NCBI GenBank assembly: GCA_965221775.1
Contig: CBDCSU010000006.1
Location: 608,001 to 672,000, forward strand
Source: Candidatus Latescibacterota bacterium
GTDB taxonomy: Bacteria > Latescibacterota > UBA2968 > UBA8231
Reading direction: 5' to 3'
DNA: 64,000 nt
Part shown: piece by piece, positions 18,771 through 27,634 of the stretch
How the letters are laid out: every line of letters begins with the position of its first letter
How positions within the stretch are numbered: the stretch's first letter is position 1
The notes under the pieces: model-generated
Seen by the model: the letters and a program-made list of their open reading frames with translations, nothing else
Told to the model about the DNA's origin: nothing
The model's database searches: none
Translations under genes and position numbers: made by a program

Positions 18771-21146
18771 ATGCGCAAGGTGGTCTGTGTGTCGATTCTG
18801 GCGGCCCTGGTGGTCGCCCGCCCCCTGACCGCCCGGGCGGAGGCCAGCCTGAGTGGCGAGATAAACGACGGGGATACCGGCCAGCCGCTGATCGGAGCCA
18901 CCATCCGTCTCGTGGGTACCTTGCTGGGGGCCTCCACGGACATGAACGGTCAGTTCCTGTTGCCCATAGTGCCTCCGGGTGCCTACCAGGTGGAAGTCAG
19001 TCAGATCGGTTATTCCACCTTCACCGACACCGTGCGGGTGGCCCCTGAAGAGAAGGCCCGCCTGGTCGTCGCCCTGACCCCCAGCCCCTTCCACATGGGC
19101 GAAATGCTGATTCACGGCGAACGGGCCTTCTCGGCGGCCTCCTCGCGGGCCGTGCGTCAGTTCGATCTGCACATCCGGCCCAATCGCACGGCCCATCAGA
19201 TGCTGCAACTGATGCCGGGCCTCATCATTGCCCAGCACGCCGGCGGCGGCAAAGCCGAACAGATCTTCCTGCGCGGCTTCGACGCCGACCACGGCACCGA
19301 TGTGGCCATCTCGGTGGATGGGGTACCCGTGAACATGGTCTCCCACGGCCATGGGCAAGGGTACGCCGACATGCACTTCCTCATACCCGAAGTAGTCGAG
19401 AGCCTGGACGTCAAGAAAGGGCCGTACTTCGCCGAATTCGGCAATCTCGCCACTGCCGGGGCCATCGCCTATTCCACCCTCGACCGTCTCGACAACAATG
19501 CCATTCACCTCGAAGGGGGTGGTTTCAACACGGCCCGGTACACCATGCTCTACCAGATCCCGCTGGCCGGTCCCGAACAGAGTGCCTACTTCGCCGGCAA
19601 GTACTACCGCACCGACGGCCCGGTCAGGCAGCCCCAGGGCCTGGAGCGACTCAATGTCTTCGGCAAGTACCACACTCGTCTCTCCGACCGATCCGCCTTC
19701 ACCCTGACCACCAGCGGGTTCAGTTCGGCCTGGGACGCCTCCGGGCAGATCCCCCAACGGGCCATCGAGCAGGGCCTCATCGACCGCTGGGGGGCGATTG
19801 ACGATCTGGAGGGTGGCACCACCGGCCGCCAGGATGTGCAGGTCAACTTCCACGCCCAGGGAACGGACGCCAACATTTTCGACCTGCAGGCATACCTGGC
19901 CAACTACCAGTTCAAACTGTTCTCCAATTTCACCTTCTTCCTCGAGGATCCCGACCGCGGCGACACCATAGAGCAGACCGATCTCCGCCGGGTCGCTGGA
20001 ATCAACAGTGCCTATACCTTCCATCACTACTGGGGCCCACACCTGGCCCAGACCACGATGGGGGGCGGCCTGCGTGCCGACAATGCATCCGTGGCTCTGT
20101 GGAGGAGCCCCGACCGCCAACGCCTCGAGCCTCTGGTCGAGGCCGACGTGGTGGAGCGCAACCTCTTCCTGTGGGCCCGGGAGGAGATCGCTCTCACCCC
20201 GCGCCTGCAACTGGTGCTGGGGCTGCGCGGCGACTATTTCACCTTCAATGTCGACGACCGTCTCGAAGGGCACTCCACCGACTTGCCCCACGCTTCGGGC
20301 TATGCCCAAGCCTCCATACTCAGCCCGAAGGCGTCCCTGGTGTACAGCCCGATCCCGGCCTTGGACCTCTTTGCCAATTCCGGCACCGGCTTTCACTCCA
20401 ACGACGCCCGCAACAACGTCATCGACGCCCGGGCCTCGCAGATTCGTCGGACCATGCGGCGCCATGGGCGCAGCGAGGCCGATGTTGCCGCCGAGTTGGC
20501 AGCGCGGAACATCGATCCGGGACACCTCGAGGAAGGGACCCTGCCCCGGGCTGTGGGGGCCGAGACCGGTCTGCGGACCCGCTTGTTCGACCGGTTGAGT
20601 CTGGGGGCGGCTTTGTGGTGGATGGACCTGGAGAGCGAATTCGTCTTTGTCGGCGACGCCGGCACCACCGAGGCCAGCGGGAGGACTCGGCGGACGGGGC
20701 TGGATGTAGAAGCCCGCCTCCAACTGTACTCCTGGCTGTGGGTCGATACCGACCTCAATCTCTCTCGAGGTGAGGCGTTGGACGAACCCGAAGGTGACGA
20801 CAGGATTCCGCTGGCCCCCAACAGGACCTCTACTGGCGGCTTGACCTGGCGTCACCCCAATGGCCTGGAAGGCAGCTTGCGCTACCGCCATATCGGCGAC
20901 CGGCCCGCCAACGAGGATGGCAGTGTCACGGCCGAGGGTTATACTGTCGTCGATCTCAGCGGTGCCTTTCAACGGGGGGCCTGGCGGTTCAACCTGGCCG
21001 TGGAGAACGTGCTTGACACGATGTGGAACGAGGCCCAATTCGACACCGAGTCGCGCCTGCGGGACGAAGAGGAACCTGTTTCGGAGATCCACTTCACCCC
21101 CGGGAATCCTCTCAATGTGCGGCTGGGGGTGAGTCTGCTGTTTTGA
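18771..21146 (+). CDS. TonB-dependent receptor
   Basis: QHAGGGKAEQIFLRGFDADHGTD plug, SHGHGQGYAD, C-terminal Phe. Confidence 0.9.
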   Translation: MRKVVCVSILAALVVARPLTARAEASLSGEINDGDTGQPLIGATIRLVGTLLGASTDMNGQFLLPIVPPGAYQVEVSQIGYSTFTDTVRVAPEEKARLVVALTPSPFHMGEMLIHGERAFSAASSRAVRQFDLHIRPNRTAHQMLQLMPGLIIAQHAGGGKAEQIFLRGFDADHGTDVAISVDGVPVNMVSHGHGQGYADMHFLIPEVVESLDVKKGPYFAEFGNLATAGAIAYSTLDRLDNNAIHLEGGGFNTARYTMLYQIPLAGPEQSAYFAGKYYRTDGPVRQPQGLERLNVFGKYHTRLSDRSAFTLTTSGFSSAWDASGQIPQRAIEQGLIDRWGAIDDLEGGTTGRQDVQVNFHAQGTDANIFDLQAYLANYQFKLFSNFTFFLEDPDRGDTIEQTDLRRVAGINSAYTFHHYWGPHLAQTTMGGGLRADNASVALWRSPDRQRLEPLVEADVVERNLFLWAREEIALTPRLQLVLGLRGDYFTFNVDDRLEGHSTDLPHASGYAQASILSPKASLVYSPIPALDLFANSGTGFHSNDARNNVIDARASQIRRTMRRHGRSEADVAAELAARNIDPGHLEEGTLPRAVGAETGLRTRLFDRLSLGAALWWMDLESEFVFVGDAGTTEASGRTRRTGLDVEARLQLYSWLWVDTDLNLSRGEALDEPEGDDRIPLAPNRTSTGGLTWRHPNGLEGSLRYRHIGDRPANEDGSVTAEGYTVVDLSGAFQRGAWRFNLAVENVLDTMWNEAQFDTESRLRDEEEPVSEIHFTPGNPLNVRLGVSLLF

Positions 21147-23221
21147 TGGGACTACTGGCGAGATTGGGAGTGGCCGTGGCGTTGTCGGGCTGTTCGACTG
21201 ACGAGGATCCCTATCTCTGGCTGGAGCATGTCGGCGGTGACGAGGCGCTGGCATGGGTCGGGGAACGAAACGATGCGACCCGGGCCGCCTTTGCCGAAGA
21301 CCCGGCCTTCGATCCGCTGCAGCGGCGTCTGTTGGGGATCTTCGATGCCGACGATCGCATCCCCCATGTCTACAAGGCCGGCGACTGGTACTACAACCTC
21401 TGGAAGGATGAGGCCAACCCCCGCGGCCTGTGGCGGCGCACGACGCTCGAGGAGTACAGGAAGCCGGACCCCACCTGGGAGGTCGTGCTCGACATCGATG
21501 CCCTGGGACGCGACGAGGGTGAGAACTGGGTCTACGCGGGGGCTCCCATCCTGGTCCCGACCCACGACCGCTGCCTGCTGCGCCTGTCCCGGGGCGGCGC
21601 CGACGCCTTCGTCGTCCGGGAGTTCGACCTTGTCGCCCGGGCCTTCGTGGAAGACGGCTTCTCGCTCCCCGAGTCCAAGGGATCCGTCGCCTGGGCCGGC
21701 CCCGACGAGATCTTCGTGGCCACGGACTTCGGCGCCGGCACGATGACCGACTCCGGCTATCCCCGGATCGTCAAACTGTGGCGACGCGGTCAGCCCCTCG
21801 AAAAAGCCGCCACCGTCTTTGAAGGCGAACCCTCCGATGTCTCGGTGGGCGCCTACGCCGAACTCTCCCCGGGTTTCGAGATGCAGTTCGTGTACCGGGG
21901 ACGCGACTTCTACAACAGCGATCACTTCATTCGCCGCGGCGAGCAACTCGTACCGCTCGAGATCCCTTCCGACGCGGGGTACGCGGTGCACCGCGGCCGG
22001 CTCTACGTGACGACGCGCAGCGACTGGGCCACCGAAGCGTCCACCTTTGCCACGGGGAGCCTGATCGCCCTCGAGCTGGATCGCTTCCTCGCCGGCGGAC
22101 GCGGCTTCGCCGTCCTCTTCGAGCCGGGCGAAGGTTCCGCCCTCTCAGGCTATTCCCTGACCCGCCACCACGTTCTCATCAACATCCTGGACAACGTGCG
22201 CAACCGCATCGAAGTGGCGACACCCGGCCCCGAAGGCTGGACCACCACCCCGCTTCCGGGCGTCGACGCCGCCGGGTTCCAGACCCTCGACGCCGACGCC
22301 GTGGACCCCGACGGGGACGACCGTTTCTTCCTCACCACCACCGACTACCTGACCCCGTCCACCCTGGCCCTCGCGTCGGTGGGTGAGGACCCCGTCGTGC
22401 TGAAGCGCGCACCGGGCAAGTTCGACGCGGCCGGCCTGTCCGTGGCGCAGCATTGGACCGAGTCCGCCGACGGCACGCGGATTCCCTACTTCCAGGTCTC
22501 GCGAGACGACACGGGCGAACCGCGCCCGACACTGCTCTACGGCTACGGCGGCTTCCGGATTCCCCTGGTTCCCGGGTATTCGGCAGGGACTGGCGCGGCG
22601 TGGCTGGAGCGCGGCGGAGTCTACGTCGTGGCGAACATCCGGGGCGGCGGCGAGTTCGGACCCGAGTGGCACCAGGCCGCCCTCAAGGCGGATCGCCCGC
22701 GGGCCTACGAGGACTTCATCGCCGTCGCCGAGGACCTGATCCGCCGGGGCGTCACCACCCCGGAGCTACTCGGCGCCATGGGCGGCAGCAACGGCGGGCT
22801 CCTGGTGGGCAATGTGCTCACCATGCGTCCCGACCTGTTCGGCGCCATCGTCGCGCAGGTACCGTTGTTCGACATGCGCCGCTACCACGAATTGCTGGCC
22901 GGGGCGAGCTGGATGGCGGAGTACGGCGATCCCGACGACCCCGGCGAGTGGGCGTTCATCGAAGGCTTCTCGCCCTACCACAACCTCTCCAGGGACGCGG
23001 ACTACCCCGGGCTCCTCGTCACCACGTCCACCCGGGACGATCGCGTCCACCCGGGACACGCCCGGAAGATGGTTGCGAAGATGCGGGACATGGGCCACCA
23101 CGTCCTCTACTACGAGAACGTGGAAGGCGGACACGCGGGCGCGGCGGACAACGCCCAGCGGGCCTACATGTGGACGCTGGCCTTTCGGTTTCTGTGGGGA
23201 ACGCTCGGCCCCGACCGGTGA
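21146..23221 (+). CDS. Prolyl oligopeptidase (S9), probable lipoprotein
   Basis: LSGC lipobox, DPYLWLE, GYGGF, GGSNGG (Ser), DDRVHP, GGH. Confidence 0.92.
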   Translation: MGLLARLGVAVALSGCSTDEDPYLWLEHVGGDEALAWVGERNDATRAAFAEDPAFDPLQRRLLGIFDADDRIPHVYKAGDWYYNLWKDEANPRGLWRRTTLEEYRKPDPTWEVVLDIDALGRDEGENWVYAGAPILVPTHDRCLLRLSRGGADAFVVREFDLVARAFVEDGFSLPESKGSVAWAGPDEIFVATDFGAGTMTDSGYPRIVKLWRRGQPLEKAATVFEGEPSDVSVGAYAELSPGFEMQFVYRGRDFYNSDHFIRRGEQLVPLEIPSDAGYAVHRGRLYVTTRSDWATEASTFATGSLIALELDRFLAGGRGFAVLFEPGEGSALSGYSLTRHHVLINILDNVRNRIEVATPGPEGWTTTPLPGVDAAGFQTLDADAVDPDGDDRFFLTTTDYLTPSTLALASVGEDPVVLKRAPGKFDAAGLSVAQHWTESADGTRIPYFQVSRDDTGEPRPTLLYGYGGFRIPLVPGYSAGTGAAWLERGGVYVVANIRGGGEFGPEWHQAALKADRPRAYEDFIAVAEDLIRRGVTTPELLGAMGGSNGGLLVGNVLTMRPDLFGAIVAQVPLFDMRRYHELLAGASWMAEYGDPDDPGEWAFIEGFSPYHNLSRDADYPGLLVTTSTRDDRVHPGHARKMVAKMRDMGHHVLYYENVEGGHAGAADNAQRAYMWTLAFRFLWGTLGPDR

Positions 23222-23259
23222 CGGCGCCCCGAACCCGGGCCGTTTGCCGGATACTGGGA

Positions 23260-23631
23260 TCAAAGGAGGTCGTCTACCGTCACCTGCAACGCCTTGGCGA
23301 GAGCGGCCAATGTCCTGGCCGAGCCGGTGCGTTTGCCGGTCTCGATCTGGGAGAGATAGACCGTGTTGATGTCGGCGGCGGCGGCCAGTGCCTTCTGGGT
23401 CATACCCCGGTAGTTGCGATACACACTGATTGGATTCTGTCCGGCCAGGAGTTGATCAACCACCTCGATGGGAAAGGACTCGCCGTTGTCCGCGATGGCG
23501 CGATCAAAATGCTCCTCATCGCTCAATATCGCCTCCGCGTCCTCGCTTGTGAGACGCTCGTAGTCGCGCCAGGGGATCACGACAAAGGCGGGCTGCCCGG
23601 TGTCGTCAAGAATTACCTGTGGCTTGTTCAT
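23260..23631 (-). CDS. HTH antitoxin (Phd-like N-terminus plus XRE HTH)
   Basis: G.PAFVVIP..DYERL; YRNYRGMTQKALA...YLSQIETGKR. Confidence 0.82.
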   Translation of the reverse strand: MNKPQVILDDTGQPAFVVIPWRDYERLTSEDAEAILSDEEHFDRAIADNGESFPIEVVDQLLAGQNPISVYRNYRGMTQKALAAAADINTVYLSQIETGKRTGSARTLAALAKALQVTVDDLL

Positions 23632-23640
23632 GGGCTGCTC

Positions 23641-23730
23641 CTATCGCTTGTAGGCCTGCCCGCGCGGCACGATCCGCAGCACGTGAATTACCCGAGCCTC
23701 ATCGTCTCGCGTGAAGATGATCCGCCAGTC
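23641..23730 (-). pseudogene. C-terminal remnant of a RelE/ParE toxin
   Basis: Manual translation DWRIIFTRDDEARVIHVLRIVPRGQAYKR*. The 5' part is missing and the remnant abuts the GH51 stop. Confidence 0.7.
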
Positions 23731-25225
23731 ATGAGCGCTCCAGCCCCGCCCGAACCACGGTGAGTCCGAGAGCCGGCGCCGTCACCCGCAACCGCCCGTC
23801 CTCGCCCCGGACCGCCCGCCCCCGGACGGGCGCGACCACCTCCGGCGCCTGCCACGAGTTGTGAGCCTTCGGGTCGTCCCCGCTGAGGATCTCCACTTCG
23901 ACGGCGGTCCCGGCCGCCCGCCCGCCGAAGTCGATCTCCACCTCCAGGTCCTGTGAAGTCCCCCGGTTCACCAGGAAGAGGCTGACGGCGCCGGTCTCCT
24001 CGTCGTGGCTGGCCGAGACGTCCAGGACCGGGACCTCGCCGCGAGATCCCGCGGTGTAGGTAGGGCCGTCGACGACGGGCGCCAGCGAGACCCCCCTCGC
24101 CTGGCGGGAGAACATCCGCAGCGGGTGGTAGATGCTCTGGATGAGGATGCCGTCCGGCGACGTCAGCACGGGCGCGATGACGTTGACGATCTGGGCCAGG
24201 CAGGCGATGCGGACGACGTCGGCGTGGCGCAGGAAGCTGTTGAGGTACTGGGCGCAGACCAGGGCGTCCTCGAGGTTGTACACCTCCTCCAGCAGGGCCG
24301 GCCCCTCGGTGCAGCGGCCGTCGGTCTCGTGGTTCTTGTACCACACGTTCCACTCGTCGAAGGCGACGAAGACGCGCCGGTCGCTCCTCTTGAGGCCGCG
24401 CACGTAGGCCAGCAGTCCCGCGTAGTCGTCGAGGATGCGGTCGATCTCCACGCCCTCGGCCAGGAACCACGCCGTGTCGTCCTCGCGGTTGCCGCTGTAG
24501 CGGTGGGCGGAGATGTACTCCACCGCGTCCCAGCAGTGCTCGAGGACGACGCGGTCCCACTCCAGGTAGGTGGCCATGCCGCGTCCCGACGATCCGCACA
24601 GGACCAGCTCGATGGAGGGGTCGAGGCCGCGCATGAGCCGGGCCACCTGGCGCGCCTTCAGGGCGTACTCCGGCGCCGGGCAGTGGCCCGCCTGCCAGGG
24701 GCCGTCCATCTCGTTGCCGAGGCACCAGAGCTTCACCCCGTGGGGGTCGGCGCCGCCGTTGGCCCGCCTGGCGTCGGCCCAGTGGGTGCCGCCCGGCAGG
24801 TTGCAGTACTCCACCAGGTCCGCCGCCTCGCGGGGCCCCAGGGTCCCCAGATTCACCGCCATCATCGGCTCGGTGCCGACCACGCGGCACCAGGCGGCGA
24901 ACTCGTCGACGCCGAAGGTGTTCGGCTCGATCGTCTTCCACGCGAAGTCCGGCCTCGAGGGACGGCTCTCCCGCGGCCCCACGCCGTCGCGCCAGTCGTA
25001 GTTGCTCACGAAGTTGCCGCCGGGATAGCGGACGCAGGGCATCTCCAGGGCCCGCAGCGCCCCGGCCACGTCGGTGCGGAAACCGCGGTCATCGCTCAGG
25101 GGATTCCCGGGATCGTAGACGCCGCCGTAGACGGCGCGCCCAAGATGCTCGAGGAAACCGCCGAAGAGGCGGCGGTCGATGGGACCCGCGCGGCGATCGA
25201 TGTCCAGCTTGACCGTGGCCTTCAC
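23729..25225 (-). CDS. abfA: Alpha-L-arabinofuranosidase (GH51)
   Basis: FLEHLGR.VYGG, RYPGGNFVS.Y.W, CLGNEMDG, FDEWNVW, AQIVNVI. Confidence 0.92.
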   Translation of the reverse strand: MKATVKLDIDRRAGPIDRRLFGGFLEHLGRAVYGGVYDPGNPLSDDRGFRTDVAGALRALEMPCVRYPGGNFVSNYDWRDGVGPRESRPSRPDFAWKTIEPNTFGVDEFAAWCRVVGTEPMMAVNLGTLGPREAADLVEYCNLPGGTHWADARRANGGADPHGVKLWCLGNEMDGPWQAGHCPAPEYALKARQVARLMRGLDPSIELVLCGSSGRGMATYLEWDRVVLEHCWDAVEYISAHRYSGNREDDTAWFLAEGVEIDRILDDYAGLLAYVRGLKRSDRRVFVAFDEWNVWYKNHETDGRCTEGPALLEEVYNLEDALVCAQYLNSFLRHADVVRIACLAQIVNVIAPVLTSPDGILIQSIYHPLRMFSRQARGVSLAPVVDGPTYTAGSRGEVPVLDVSASHDEETGAVSLFLVNRGTSQDLEVEIDFGGRAAGTAVEVEILSGDDPKAHNSWQAPEVVAPVRGRAVRGEDGRLRVTAPALGLTVVRAGLERS

Positions 25226-25356
25226 CGGGATACCTCCTTCTCTGTCGGGGCGGGCTAAGCTGCTCGCCGCGGGAAGCAGTGGCAAGCCAGCAATGTCTCT
25301 CCATTGGACCGTCTCCCGAGCCGGGATAGATTCTCGCGCAAGACGGGAGGGAACCC

Positions 25357-26424
25357 ATGACTCAGAACGTGAGACTCGGCTTCATCGGCGCCGGCTGGTG
25401 GGCCACCAGCAACCACTTGCCGATCCTGGCGGCCCGGGACGACGTGGACCTCGCCGGCGTCTGCCGCCTCGGGGCCCGGGAGCTGAGGCAGGTGCAGGAC
25501 CGCTTCGGCTTCGCCTACGCCACCGAGGACTACCGCGACCTGCTGGCCAACTGCGAGCTGGACGGGGTCGTCGTCGCCTCGCCCCACCCCCTGCACCACG
25601 AGCACGCCCTGGCCGCCCTCGACGCCGGCCTCCACGTGATGTGCGAGAAGCCGATGACGACGCGCGCCGCCCACGCCCGCCAGCTCGTCGAGCGCGCCCG
25701 GGAGAAGGGCCTCCACCTGCTGGTCCCCTACGGTTGGCACTACAAGCCCTTCGTGCAGCGGGCCCGGGAGCTGATGGAGGGCGGCGGCGTGGGCACCGTG
25801 GAGTACGTCCTCTGCCACATGGCGTCGCCGATCCGCCCGCTTCTCTCCGGCGATGAGGCCGACCTCGACGAGGAGAGCGGCGGCTCCGAGTCCGGCATCT
25901 TCGGCCCGGACCCGTCGACCTGGGCCGATCCCGCCCGCGCCGAGGGAGGTTACGGCCACGCCCAGGTCTCGCACTCCTCGGGCCTGCTGTTCTGGCTCAC
26001 CGGCCTGCGGGCGGCCTCGGTCTTCGCGGTCATGTCCGGGCCCGGCGCCGAGGTCGAGCTCTACGACGCCATGACCGTGCGCTTCGAGGGCGGGGCCGTG
26101 GGCAGCCTCTCCGGGGCCGGCAACGTGCCCCCGGGCCACGGCTTCCAGGTCGACCTGCGGATCTTCGGCGACGAGGGCATGCTGCTCCTCGACTGCGAGC
26201 GCGCCCGCCTGGAGCTGGCCCGTTACGACGGCAAGGGGGAGTCCCTCGATCTCGACCCCGGAGCAGGCGCCTACGAATGCTCCGGACCGCCGGCCAACTT
26301 CGTGGACCTCGTCGCCGGGAGGACCGATGTCAACCACGCTCCCGGGGAGGCGGCCATGCGCGGCGTGGAGGTCCTCGACGCGGCGTACCGTTCCGCCCGG
26401 TCGGGGCGGGAGGAGAAGGTATGA
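25357..26424 (+). CDS. Gfo/Idh/MocA oxidoreductase
   Basis: GFIGAG, HVMCEKP. Confidence 0.88.
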   Translation: MTQNVRLGFIGAGWWATSNHLPILAARDDVDLAGVCRLGARELRQVQDRFGFAYATEDYRDLLANCELDGVVVASPHPLHHEHALAALDAGLHVMCEKPMTTRAAHARQLVERAREKGLHLLVPYGWHYKPFVQRARELMEGGGVGTVEYVLCHMASPIRPLLSGDEADLDEESGGSESGIFGPDPSTWADPARAEGGYGHAQVSHSSGLLFWLTGLRAASVFAVMSGPGAEVELYDAMTVRFEGGAVGSLSGAGNVPPGHGFQVDLRIFGDEGMLLLDCERARLELARYDGKGESLDLDPGAGAYECSGPPANFVDLVAGRTDVNHAPGEAAMRGVEVLDAAYRSARSGREEKV

Positions 26425-27593
26425 TGGGCGCGAACTACCCCGGCCTCAGGATCACCGCCGTGGAGACCTTCCTCGTGGAGGGCAACGGCTGCTTCGTCAA
26501 GATCCACACCAACGAGGGCATCACCGGGCTGGGCGAAGGCTCGATCAGCGACAACAAGGCGGGCACCATCGCCCAGTGCATCAAGGACTTCGAGGGCCAC
26601 CTCATCGGCAAGAACCCCACCGACATCGAGTATCTCTGGCAAGGGCTCTACCGCTGGAACCGCTGGCACGTGGGGGTCCTCTTCAGCACCGCCCTGAGCG
26701 CCATCGACATCGCCCTGTGGGACATCCTCGGGAAGGTGGCGGGCCTGCCGATCTACAAGCTCCTCGGGGGCGCGGCGCGGGAGAAGGTGCGCATCTACGC
26801 CGGCGGCAGCGGCAGCAAGGGGGTGCAGCGCGCCCGCAGCATGGGGTGCAACGCCATCAAGACGGGGCCCCCTGTCACCAAGGTCGGCGACCCCCTCACC
26901 GTGCCCATGCCCTGGGACCTGAAGCGCGCCGTCGCCCTGATGGAGGAGATGCGGGTCGAAGGCGGCGACGACTTCGACATCCTCATCGACGCCCACGGCC
27001 GCCTGACGCCGACGATGGCCCTGGAGTACTGCAAGGCGATCGAGCCGTACCGCCCCTTCTGGGTGGAGGAGCCGATCCAGGTGGAGGGATCGAACGACGC
27101 CCTCCAGTGGCTGAGCGAGCGCACCACCGTGCCCCTGTGCATGGGCGAGCGCAACTTCACCAAGTGGGGCTTCCAGGACATCATCGCCAAACGCCTGGTG
27201 AGCTATCTCAACCCGGACATCGTCCACTGCGGCGGCATCTCGGAGTTCAAGAAGATCGCCGCCATGGCCGAGGCCCAGTACATCCAGGTCTCCCCCCACA
27301 TCACCTACAGCCGCGTCGGAATCGCCGCCGAGATCCACATGGGGCTGAACTGCCCGAACAGCGTGATCCAGGAGATGTCGGGCTACGAGGCCGATGCCGC
27401 CAGGGAGAAGAGCGACTGGAGGGACGACCTGTTCTACGGGCACCGGTTCCAGGTGAAGGACGGTTTCGTGACGCTGCCGGACACCCCCGGCCTCGGGATC
27501 GAGCTGAACGAGGAGGTGGCCCGCGCCCACCCCTACGTGCCGCTGCTGCGCCCGGAGCTGCGCTACGAGGACGGGTCGGTGGAGGACAACTGA
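26421..27593 (+). CDS. Enolase-superfamily dehydratase (galactonate dehydratase-like)
   Basis: GITGLGE, SAIDIALWD, IDAHG, WVEEP, MGER, PGLGIE. Confidence 0.88.
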   Translation: MMGANYPGLRITAVETFLVEGNGCFVKIHTNEGITGLGEGSISDNKAGTIAQCIKDFEGHLIGKNPTDIEYLWQGLYRWNRWHVGVLFSTALSAIDIALWDILGKVAGLPIYKLLGGAAREKVRIYAGGSGSKGVQRARSMGCNAIKTGPPVTKVGDPLTVPMPWDLKRAVALMEEMRVEGGDDFDILIDAHGRLTPTMALEYCKAIEPYRPFWVEEPIQVEGSNDALQWLSERTTVPLCMGERNFTKWGFQDIIAKRLVSYLNPDIVHCGGISEFKKIAAMAEAQYIQVSPHITYSRVGIAAEIHMGLNCPNSVIQEMSGYEADAAREKSDWRDDLFYGHRFQVKDGFVTLPDTPGLGIELNEEVARAHPYVPLLRPELRYEDGSVEDN

Positions 27594-27634
27594 GCTGCGG
27601 CGGGATCCCGCGGCCCGGGAGGCCGCGGGGAGCG

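Noticed and set aside
16430-21254. Long antisense ORFs (837 and 881 aa) opposite the TonB receptors, and similar ORFs elsewhere (e.g. 26327-29032, 32295-34712)
   Set aside because: Shadow ORFs caused by high GC3 codon bias; no recognisable motifs.
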